From: Cytophagales bacterium
GTDB lineage: Bacteria > Bacteroidota > Bacteroidia > Cytophagales > ES-bin-26
Reading direction: 5' to 3'
DNA length: 40,003 bases
Assembly: GCA_014379925.1 (NCBI GenBank)
Contig: JACMKY010000379.1
Coordinates: 1-40,003, forward strand
Position numbers and translations under genes: made by a program. How positions within the stretch are numbered: the first letter of the stretch is position 1; every line of letters begins with the position of its first letter. The notes beneath the pieces are model-generated. The model did no database searches, was not told the DNA's origin, and saw only the letters and a program-made list of their open reading frames with translations. Below, one piece after another: positions 19,569-27,636 of this stretch.

Positions 19569-21455
19569 TCAATTTGGAAAATCTTTCCGTAAAAACCGAA
19601 ACCGTTTCCTGGCTTCGGCGGTGAAAATGCTTCCGGGGTAATTTTTGAGGTGCTCCTGGTACAGTTCCATTGCCTTTTCTTTTTGATCCAATTTCTCTTC
19701 CAGGATCTTGGCCATCAGAAAGTGGGCATCATCACTGAGAATATCGTATTTGTACTCCTTCACGATCTTCTCTAAGTTGTTGAAAGCCTTTTGGTTCTCG
19801 TTCAATTTCAAGTACACGTTTGCCTGCAGCCACAGGATTTCGTCTGCTAAGCTATGGTCTTTGTACCTGGTCTGCATTTGATTCAACCGGTTCATTACTT
19901 CTTCGTATTGATTCTGAAAGACCAGCAGCTCCACGGAGGCGTATTCTCGCATGGCCGTTTCCGTGCTATCCAATCCGGTATTGTCCTGAATGAGCAGGCT
20001 CAAGTCCATGGCATCGTTGGCAATCTCCCGCGAAGTGGCCATCTTCAATACGTCCAAGTGTTCTTGCGCCAACGCAAACTCTCCTTTGAAATACGAAAGC
20101 TTGGCATTTTTCAATTTTGCTTCGTAGCCGATGGGTTGCTCTTTTTCCGCTTTTTCGACTTGCGCGTACAGCAGGGCCGATTCCCACGGTTCGTTCTTAA
20201 GCAGGTAAATATCGCCCAAATCCATTTTGCAACGATCCACAAAGTTCCGGTCGTTCGGCGCAATCCGGATGGCTTGTTCCAGAATGGTCACCGCGGTGTC
20301 TTTTTCATTCAAGTAAAAAGCGTGAAGCAGGGCCATGTTCCGTAAACCTTCCATCGTTTTATAGTTTCTCCCCAACTCATCGAATAACTTCTGATAGTCG
20401 ACGATCAACGAACGGATCTCCGGGGGATTGACTGGATAGGTGTTCTTGACCAGTTCTTCCTTGGCTTGAACCAAGTAGCGGCGCATGACCGGGTAGTTGG
20501 GACTCTTCGTGTATTCACGCGTCAAGTACTCAAAAATCTGTTCCGCACTTTTATAATCTGTGTTCTGAATGCTGATCATACCAATTTCCATCAGCTTAGA
20601 CCCTTCTAATTTATAGCGTTTGTCGGTGGAACGGGCTTGCACGAACGCCCGGTAAAAATCCTTTTGTTGAATGTAGTGCCAGATTAACAAATCACTGTAC
20701 AAGGATTGGTTTGGGTATTTCTGCACCCTTTCAATCAGGATTTTCTTTAGCAGATCGAAATCCTCTGCCTTTACCAGTTCGTCCTGCAATGAGTTTTGAA
20801 TAAATTCCTCGCTATTTTTTACCGTCAATCCCAGATTGAGGTATTCCTCGATCATTTTTTCCTTCTGGCCAGCTATTTTATACAAGCCGGCCAGTTGATA
20901 CGCGTATTCACTCGGATTCTTGGCGTTTTTCCGGCCTGCTAGGTAGGCTTCCTCGGCCCTGGGCAATTTATCCGCTTCGATGAAATACTGTGCCAGGCTA
21001 TTCAGCTGGGTCGGGTCGCTTTTAACCGCATCAATGGTTTGTTCGTACTGTTTTCGAGCCTCCGAATCTTTCCCTTGCTTCTCCAGTAAAAGTCCGTATT
21101 CTGCCTTGTACAAAGGTTCACCCGCGTTGTTCTTGATCAGACGGCGGAGAAATTTTTCGGCTTCGCTGTATTCATTCAATTGAGCCAGCGTCACAACGTA
21201 CTTTTTGTATACCTGCTTTGCCACGTTTTCGTTTTTGGCCAGTTTTTGGTAGATCGTCCGGGCTTTTTCGTAATCACCCTTCTGAAAATACTCGTTTGCT
21301 AATTCGGAATCCTGCCCTTTGACCTGCCCGAACGTGGCAAGCACTCCCAGTGCCAAGGGAACAAGAAATGAGTGGCGTAAAAACCGGTGGTTACCTTTAA
21401 GAGCGAGCTTTGCTTTTTTCGGGATGCGTTGCGTATTGTTCTCCATTGGTTTCAT
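19569..21455 (-). CDS. Secreted tetratricopeptide-repeat protein
   Basis: Hydrophobic signal followed by many TPR-like helix pairs (LANEYFQKGDYEKARTIYQKL ... KAMELYQEHLKNYPGSIFTAEARKRFR); start uncertain (21464, 21455 or 21446). Confidence 0.88.
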   Translation of the reverse strand: MKPMENNTQRIPKKAKLALKGNHRFLRHSFLVPLALGVLATFGQVKGQDSELANEYFQKGDYEKARTIYQKLAKNENVAKQVYKKYVVTLAQLNEYSEAEKFLRRLIKNNAGEPLYKAEYGLLLEKQGKDSEARKQYEQTIDAVKSDPTQLNSLAQYFIEADKLPRAEEAYLAGRKNAKNPSEYAYQLAGLYKIAGQKEKMIEEYLNLGLTVKNSEEFIQNSLQDELVKAEDFDLLKKILIERVQKYPNQSLYSDLLIWHYIQQKDFYRAFVQARSTDKRYKLEGSKLMEIGMISIQNTDYKSAEQIFEYLTREYTKSPNYPVMRRYLVQAKEELVKNTYPVNPPEIRSLIVDYQKLFDELGRNYKTMEGLRNMALLHAFYLNEKDTAVTILEQAIRIAPNDRNFVDRCKMDLGDIYLLKNEPWESALLYAQVEKAEKEQPIGYEAKLKNAKLSYFKGEFALAQEHLDVLKMATSREIANDAMDLSLLIQDNTGLDSTETAMREYASVELLVFQNQYEEVMNRLNQMQTRYKDHSLADEILWLQANVYLKLNENQKAFNNLEKIVKEYKYDILSDDAHFLMAKILEEKLDQKEKAMELYQEHLKNYPGSIFTAEARKRFRFLRKDFPN

Positions 21456-21499
21456 TGGTTTCAAGAAGCTGGGTACCCAAGTTACGTAATTATTCCTTT

Positions 21500-21935
21500 G
21501 GCTTTTTTTCCATTATACACCCTCTTGCTTTTTTTCAAAGAAAATTCATTATAACTATTAGGCGTGTGGAAAAGTGGAAAACCCGAAGGTGTGTTTTCTT
21601 CACCAAGATTTTTTGTGGATAACACGGATGGTTATCCACCAACACATCCACTGGCTACTGCTTTTTAATGAGTGGATTAGTCGTTTATCCACCCGCAACT
21701 GATAAAATGAAGAGTAGGTGCCTTTGTGGATAAGATTTTTAAATCAGCTGTGGACAATTGTGTGCGTTTGCGGTGTAAAACGGTCCCCTTGTGCACAGAC
21801 GTTTTGGGTGTACGCTATCAAGGGGAGTTTGGTTTCAGTTGTGAACATATCCATTGACCTTTTTCCCTTGTTATACACCCGTTAAGCAATTGTATCCACA
21901 GGTTTATCCACACTTTTTATTAAACAAAACTAATT
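21500..21935. other. oriC: Putative chromosomal replication origin (oriC)
   Basis: AT-rich non-coding region with consensus DnaA boxes at 21565-21573, 21614-21622, 21725-21733 and 21904-21912; one-mismatch boxes at 21513, 21573, 21632, 21685, 21749, 21789, 21871 and 21892; DnaA-trio-like tract at 21547-21561; mnmG and parS within about 5 kb. Confidence 0.85.
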
Positions 21936-22196
21936 TTGGATTGACCCGAAATCAGATGCTTCCAGGTAAAAAGTACGCGTATCAACCCCAGTTTGGTCAA
22001 TAATTAGGGAAGGCCTGTTGGGTAGGAGTTGCCAGCAGTATGGACAGCGCGAAAGTGCGCGCAGATGGAAGTACCAAAAGAGTAGAAATTACGGAAGTAG
22101 TGCTTTAACCAACCAAGATTAGCGATTACGGTTGCTAAAAATCCCGATAATCAACTTATTTCTGCTGCGGGCTATCGATCATTGGCTGTTTACCAG

Positions 22197-23855
22197 CTAT
22201 TGCAGTGTAACGTTGATTTCCTGTAGCTCCCAATTCTGCTTCAGCTTAATCACCTGCTGGTTGTCTTTCTTGCTATTGTCGGAGAATAACACGATTTTTT
22301 CGGGTAGCTCACCCGCCTCAATGTCCCCGCTGTCCCACTTGCCGTTTTTATTGTCATCACTGATAACGCGGATGAGGTAATCACCCGCGTTCAAAAAGTC
22401 GAATTGATAGGTCTTGGTATCTCGTTTCTGAGCCACTGATTTAAAGTCGACGGTGAGCAATTCAATGATAAATGACGCTGCCGCCGTGGTGATGCTCCCT
22501 CCAATGCTTCCATAATTCTCCAGTTCCTTAATTTTGTGATTGGTTTTTATTACTTGGCTGGTATCATTTTCAATGGAGAGAAAAGTGCCCTTTGGAATTT
22601 CCACCCTGATTTCTCTTTTCGCATTGACTTTCGCCTTGACCGTTAAAAGTGTTTTGTACGCATCCCATTGGTAATTCTCTTCGGTAAGGGGAACCAAGCT
22701 AATTGTATCCGCCAGAATTCGGATACCTTTGGGTTCGGACGAACGAATTGGCTTGCTGAATCTGATTGCAAATACCAAGTCTTTTTCTACTTCTTCCCCA
22801 TCTTTGGGTGTAGTACCGACCGACCAGCTGTTAGCGACCTTTGGTTCATTTCTTCCTTTCCTATCCGGGGCGCTTTTTTCCGGCGCAAACTTGATCTTTA
22901 CGGTGTCCTGGTAAGAATTTCCCGCCGAATCCAACGCCGTAATCTGCACCGGAATGCTGTCGTTCGCTGAAACTCCTTTAAAGAACACGATCTTCTTCTC
23001 GCCTTCCCGCATGTAGGGGATTGATTGGTAATCATTCGGCAGCGTTACTTTCGCCTCAACCAATCCTTCGTCAAATTCAAGGGTGTATTTATTTTCGCTT
23101 GCGCTCGCATTGTCAACCTTGGGAGGACGCTTGTCGATTTTTACTAAATTCAATTGCACGTTTGAAGCGCTTCCTTTTTCTAAATTTATCGGCTCCGTTG
23201 CGAAGGCTACTTTTTCAGTTGCTTGGTCGTAGGTAAGGTTGCCATTTTTGTCTTCTACCGCGTATACCCGATAACTGCCGTTTCTGATGTTTTCCAGTGA
23301 AAAATTGCCGGCACTATCGGTTCGCGTCGAATAATAAGGTTTATCCTTAAAAACCGTGGCCGTATCGTTGGTTTGGTAAAGCGACACGACTGCGTTCAGT
23401 ACGCCATTTCCGCGCAACGGATCTCTCACGTTTCCGGCAATAAGTAGTGAGTCAATTACCTTGCCCGTGCTAAAAACTATTTTGACGTCGCGAGCAATAT
23501 TTTTTTCCGCCAAGTCCACGAATGCATTGCGAAAATTGAGGGTGTACGTTGTATTGTCCTGAAAAGGCTGGTCAAAGGTTAACTTGATGCCCGTTTTAGT
23601 GAGCTTAGATTGGTAATCGCCCTTCGTACTGGGCGTAATTAACAGTTCCTGCTTCAGGTTTTCCACCCGAATCAGCTCATCGAATTCCAATTCTATTTCC
23701 TGGTTTTTGTATTGAGTGCTCTTGGATTCGGGCGTACTTCTGATTAGGACGGGAGGGGTTGCGTCTTTTTCTCCACCCGTAGGAACGGAGGGACTAGCGC
23801 AACGAAGCAAAAAAAGCGCGATCAAAAAAAGAAAGCAGACGAAAATTAATTTCAT
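22197..23855 (-). CDS. Ig-like (Big_5-type) domain-containing lipoprotein
   Basis: Lipobox LLR-C-ASP; PTGGEKDATPP, IELEFDE, NTTYTLNF, plus EF-hand-like DKNGN and DDNKNGKWD motifs; typical of the Bacteroidota gene found near mnmG. Confidence 0.82.
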   Translation of the reverse strand: MKLIFVCFLFLIALFLLRCASPSVPTGGEKDATPPVLIRSTPESKSTQYKNQEIELEFDELIRVENLKQELLITPSTKGDYQSKLTKTGIKLTFDQPFQDNTTYTLNFRNAFVDLAEKNIARDVKIVFSTGKVIDSLLIAGNVRDPLRGNGVLNAVVSLYQTNDTATVFKDKPYYSTRTDSAGNFSLENIRNGSYRVYAVEDKNGNLTYDQATEKVAFATEPINLEKGSASNVQLNLVKIDKRPPKVDNASASENKYTLEFDEGLVEAKVTLPNDYQSIPYMREGEKKIVFFKGVSANDSIPVQITALDSAGNSYQDTVKIKFAPEKSAPDRKGRNEPKVANSWSVGTTPKDGEEVEKDLVFAIRFSKPIRSSEPKGIRILADTISLVPLTEENYQWDAYKTLLTVKAKVNAKREIRVEIPKGTFLSIENDTSQVIKTNHKIKELENYGSIGGSITTAAASFIIELLTVDFKSVAQKRDTKTYQFDFLNAGDYLIRVISDDNKNGKWDSGDIEAGELPEKIVLFSDNSKKDNQQVIKLKQNWELQEINVTLQ

Positions 23856-23880
23856 TGGTCGACTGGAAAAGAGCCGGTTT

Positions 23881-24771
23881 TCAGGCTTTCGATTTGATTA
23901 AGTAGATCAAGCTCGAATAGTTATTTCCATTTTCCTCCGCCCACTGGTTGGAAGCCCTTCCATTCCGAAAAGCCTGCCAATAATCAGTCTTTCCATCCCG
24001 GTATCGGCTGCTCAACAGACTGATGTAGTACGCGTCCAATTCCATTGGAATAATCTTCTGTATGATCAACCGATGTTTCAAAAAGAGCGCGCGGACTGTA
24101 TCGGGAGAGAAATGATAAAGATGACGGGGTACGTCGTAGGCGGCCCATTTTTCACGGTATAGCTTGGCATCGTAGGATTCACAGTTGGGTACTGCGACCA
24201 GCAATGTACCGTTTGATGTGAGCAGTTTTTTCAGTTTTTTCACACTTTCATCCAACTGGTGAATGTGCTCGAGTACGTGCCACAACGTAATTGTTTCGAA
24301 TGTTTCACCGGGGAAAGCACTCAGTAAGTTTTCCTCAACCTGAGACTTGACGCGGGTATGGGCTAAGCCACGCGCCTTTGCGTCCGGTTCGGTCCCATTT
24401 ACGTTCCATCCTGACTTTTGGCATACCTCCAAAAACGTGCCCGTACCACATCCCACGTCCAACAAGCGCTTTTTCTCGCTCCCCAGTGAGTTGATCAGTT
24501 TTAATTTCTTTTGCAGGGTAAACTTCCTGGCAAAATGATACAGTTGATTGACGATTCCTCGTGTCGTATTGCTGTGGGAAATGTACGCCTCTGATTGGTA
24601 ATACCGACCCGCATTTTCTTGCGTCGGTCTGGGATTCGTCAATTTGAAACGACACTTTTTACACTCTACGATCGCGAAACTTTCCTGAGTTACGGTGTAA
24701 TCCTGGCAAATCATCAGGTTAGTAAACTGGTCACTTCCACAAATGGGGCAATTGCCTATTCTTTCGTACAT
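23881..24771 (-). CDS. Class I SAM-dependent methyltransferase with an N-terminal zinc ribbon
   Basis: CPICG...CKKC; LLDVGCGTG motif I; ITLWHVLEH; YDVPRHLYHF. Confidence 0.9.
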   Translation of the reverse strand: MYERIGNCPICGSDQFTNLMICQDYTVTQESFAIVECKKCRFKLTNPRPTQENAGRYYQSEAYISHSNTTRGIVNQLYHFARKFTLQKKLKLINSLGSEKKRLLDVGCGTGTFLEVCQKSGWNVNGTEPDAKARGLAHTRVKSQVEENLLSAFPGETFETITLWHVLEHIHQLDESVKKLKKLLTSNGTLLVAVPNCESYDAKLYREKWAAYDVPRHLYHFSPDTVRALFLKHRLIIQKIIPMELDAYYISLLSSRYRDGKTDYWQAFRNGRASNQWAEENGNNYSSLIYLIKSKA

Positions 24772-24825
24772 TCAGTCGGGTGTGCGCGTTAAATTACGTT
24801 GCCTTTTTTTCGAATTTTTTGTTTT

Positions 24826-26694
24826 TCATCTGCCCACGTACACCATCAAAATCGACAAGTCAGAAGATGACACACCGCTGATTCTTGACGCCTGACCAAT
24901 GGTAAGGGGCTTTATTTTTTTTAATTTTTCCCGGCCTTCGTTCGACATGGCCAAGAGCGCATCGTAGTTGAGATCGGGCCCAATTCGGTAGTCTTCCAAT
25001 TCAATTAATCGCTCGGCGCTTTTCAATTCTTTGTCCAGGTAACTTTCGTACTTCACCCCAATTTCTGCCTGTTCCACTACGTCAGCTTCAAAACTGGAAA
25101 CATCCATCGCCAGGGGACAAACCGATTGTAGTCCCTGGATGGTAATTTCGGGCCTTTTCAACAAGGAGTGAAGCGCTATCTTCTCCCTTACCGGAGCCGT
25201 ACCGAGTTGCTCCAGACCTGGATTAATTACTTCCGGATTTACCTTCGTGCTTTTTAACAGTTGAATTAGCCGGGCCGTTTCTTCTTTTTTCTTCTTTACT
25301 TTTTCGAAACGATCTTCCGAGGCCAGACCCAAACGAAAACTTTTCTCGGTTAGCCGGATGTCGGCGTTGTCCTGACGGAGCAAGGTGCGGTATTCGGCTC
25401 GGGATGTGAACATGCGATAAGGTTCATCCGTACCCTTGTTAATTAAGTCGTCAATGAGTACCCCGATGTAGGCCTCCGACCGGTTTAAAACCAACTGCTC
25501 CAGGTCATTTATACTTTGATGCGCATTAATTCCGGCCATTAAGCCTTGACAGGCCGCTTCTTCGTATCCCGTGGTTCCATTGATTTGTCCGGCGAAAAAA
25601 AGATTCTTGACCCTTTTGGTTTCGAGGGTATTTTTCAACTGGGTGGGTGGGAAATAGTCGTATTCAATGGCGTACCCTGGTCGGAACATTTTTACCCGTT
25701 CAAACCCCGGAATCTTGATCAATGCGTTGTACTGCACTTCTTCGGGCAAGGAAGTTGAAAAGCCATTCACGTATACTTCCACGGTATCCCACCCCTCGGG
25801 CTCGACGAAGATCTGGTGCCGGTCTTTGTCGGCGAACCGGTTGATCTTGTCTTCTACTGATGGGCAATACCGGGGGCCCAAGCCCTTGATGCGACCCGTA
25901 AACATCGGTGACTTATTGAAACCCGTGCGCAACACCTCGTGAACTACCTGATTGGTGTAGGTAATGAAACAGCTCTTTTGCTCGGCAAGGAGTGGGGTAT
26001 CGGTATAGGAAAATTTACCCGGGTTTGCATCGCCCGGTTGCTCTTCCATGGCTTCGTAATTTAAACTGCGGCCGTCCACGCGCGGTGGAGTCCCCGTTTT
26101 CATTCTACCGGCCTCGAAACCCAACCCAATGAGCTGCTCAGTGATTCCCGATGCGGCTTTCTCCGCCACTCTCCCCCCCCCGAAGCTCTTGTCTCCAATG
26201 TGAATTAGGCCGTTAAGAAAGGTGCCATTCGTCAAAACGACGGTTTTTGCTTCAATTTGAATACCCAGTGCAGTCCGGACCCCCATCACCACGTCACCGC
26301 TAATCACCAGTTCCGTTACGGTGTCCTGCCAAAAATCCACGTTGTTTATTTTTTCCAACGCCAGCCGCCATTCCGTAGCAAATTTCAGCCGGTCACTTTG
26401 ACACCGCGGGCTCCACATCGCGGGCCCTTTCGAGCGGTTCAGCATTCTGAATTGAATCATCGATTTGTCGCTGATGATTCCCGACAGACCTCCCAGCGCA
26501 TCGATCTCCCTCACAATTTGACCTTTGGCAACGCCGCCCATCGCGGGATTGCACGACATCTGGGCAATGTTTTGCATATTCATTGTGATCAGCAAAACCT
26601 TCGAGCCTAGGTTGGCCGCACTCGCTGCCGCCTCGCACCCCGCGTGACCAGCCCCGACCACTATTGTATCGTACTTGGGAAACATATCTTTCAT
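24826..26694 (-). CDS. mnmG: tRNA uridine-5-carboxymethylaminomethyl(34) synthesis enzyme MnmG (GidA)
   Basis: VVGAGHAGCEAA, MSCNPAMGG, KTGTPPR, GPRYCPSVEDK, AGQINGTTGYEEAA, EPYRMFTSRAEYR. Confidence 0.98.
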   Translation of the reverse strand: MKDMFPKYDTIVVGAGHAGCEAAASAANLGSKVLLITMNMQNIAQMSCNPAMGGVAKGQIVREIDALGGLSGIISDKSMIQFRMLNRSKGPAMWSPRCQSDRLKFATEWRLALEKINNVDFWQDTVTELVISGDVVMGVRTALGIQIEAKTVVLTNGTFLNGLIHIGDKSFGGGRVAEKAASGITEQLIGLGFEAGRMKTGTPPRVDGRSLNYEAMEEQPGDANPGKFSYTDTPLLAEQKSCFITYTNQVVHEVLRTGFNKSPMFTGRIKGLGPRYCPSVEDKINRFADKDRHQIFVEPEGWDTVEVYVNGFSTSLPEEVQYNALIKIPGFERVKMFRPGYAIEYDYFPPTQLKNTLETKRVKNLFFAGQINGTTGYEEAACQGLMAGINAHQSINDLEQLVLNRSEAYIGVLIDDLINKGTDEPYRMFTSRAEYRTLLRQDNADIRLTEKSFRLGLASEDRFEKVKKKKEETARLIQLLKSTKVNPEVINPGLEQLGTAPVREKIALHSLLKRPEITIQGLQSVCPLAMDVSSFEADVVEQAEIGVKYESYLDKELKSAERLIELEDYRIGPDLNYDALLAMSNEGREKLKKIKPLTIGQASRISGVSSSDLSILMVYVGR

Positions 26695-26720
26695 ACTATC
26701 AATTGGTATTTTCTTGGTAA

Positions 26721-26737
26721 TGTTCCACGTGGAAACA
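26721..26737. promoter_or_regulatory. parS: parS site (ParB binding) 1
   Basis: TGTTCCACGTGGAAACA; palindromic core TTCCACGTGGAA close to the parS consensus TGTTNCACGTGAAACA. Confidence 0.8.
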
Positions 26738-26754
26738 TTTCAATTTCTTCCGTT

Positions 26755-26771
26755 TGTTTCCACGTGGAACG
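26755..26771. promoter_or_regulatory. parS: parS site (ParB binding) 2
   Basis: TGTTTCCACGTGGAACG; a near-exact inverted copy of site 1, separated from it by 17 bp. Confidence 0.78.
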
Positions 26772-26795
26772 TTTTTTGAATACATTCAACAACAA

Positions 26796-27221
26796 TTAAG
26801 CAACGAAGAAACGAAGATAACTATTCTCTTTCTGGCGCATAATTTTAATTTGATCACGGGTCGAATCTTGGTAGCCCAATAGATGGAGCACGCCGTGAAT
26901 CAGTACCCGGACCAACTCTGACTCAAAATCAACCCGGAAATCAGTTGCGTTTTCCCGCACCCGGTCAATGCTAATAAAAATATCCCCGTCAATGGTGAGC
27001 GGGGATGTAGCATTGTCAAAAGTGATAACGTCGGTCAAATAATCGTGTTCAAGGTAATCAATGTTCAACTTGAGTAGGTACGCATCAGAACCGAATACGT
27101 AATTCAAATGGGCGAGTTGAAAATGCTCGAGCGTGACAATTTCAGCTAAACGCTGGCGAATCCAGGCTTCGTTTTCGAGAGTGAAATCAGTATCAACCGA
27201 AAAAAAAGCAATGCTGCCCAT
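26796..27221 (-). CDS. ybeY: rRNA maturation endoribonuclease YbeY
   Basis: LNIDYLEHDYLTDVITF, GDIFISIDRV, RVLIHGVLHLLGY, MRQKEN. Confidence 0.93.
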   Translation of the reverse strand: MGSIAFFSVDTDFTLENEAWIRQRLAEIVTLEHFQLAHLNYVFGSDAYLLKLNIDYLEHDYLTDVITFDNATSPLTIDGDIFISIDRVRENATDFRVDFESELVRVLIHGVLHLLGYQDSTRDQIKIMRQKENSYLRFFVA

Positions 27222-27623
27222 TTAGTTGAAGTAAAAAATTAACTCCACGCAGCGACCATCATTTTTAAAATGAACTTCGTCGGATAGGTGACGCATCAAA
27301 AATATTCCTCGGCCACCAATCCGGTCAATGTTCTCCGGGGCGGTAGGGTCTTGCAAATTGTTGTAATCGAATCCTTCGCCTTCGTCCTCAACCACGAAGG
27401 AAATGGAATTTTCCCGCAAGAAAAGAGAGAGGTTGACATTCTTCGCCTTGTCTTCTTTGTTGCCGTGTTTTACTGCGTTGTTCACCGATTCCGTTACGGC
27501 AATCATGATGTTGCCGTAAATGTCGTCTTCAATGTTAAACCGATCCTTGGCATTGTCAATGAAGCTCTCAACGATTCGTATGTTTTCGATGAGAGAAGGA
27601 ATCTGTATTCTAAGAGATTTCAT
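27222..27623 (-). CDS. RsbW-like HATPase_c ATP-binding protein (anti-sigma factor / Ser kinase fold)
   Basis: N box IAVTESVNNAVKHGN, G1 box VEDEGEGF, G2 box GGRGIFLM; its stop codon directly abuts the ybeY ATG. Confidence 0.88.
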   Translation of the reverse strand: MKSLRIQIPSLIENIRIVESFIDNAKDRFNIEDDIYGNIMIAVTESVNNAVKHGNKEDKAKNVNLSLFLRENSISFVVEDEGEGFDYNNLQDPTAPENIDRIGGRGIFLMRHLSDEVHFKNDGRCVELIFYFN

Positions 27624-27636
27624 GAGAAAAAGCGAA

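Noticed and set aside
21444-21464. Short tandem repeat CATTGGTTT at the TPR gene start
   Set aside because: Only about 2.3 copies and in frame; too short to support phase variation or an iteron role.
22149-22161. IHF-like site AATCAACTTATTT near the origin
   Set aside because: It mismatches WATCAANNNNTTR, lies well outside the box array, and sequence-specific IHF binding is not established for this lineage.
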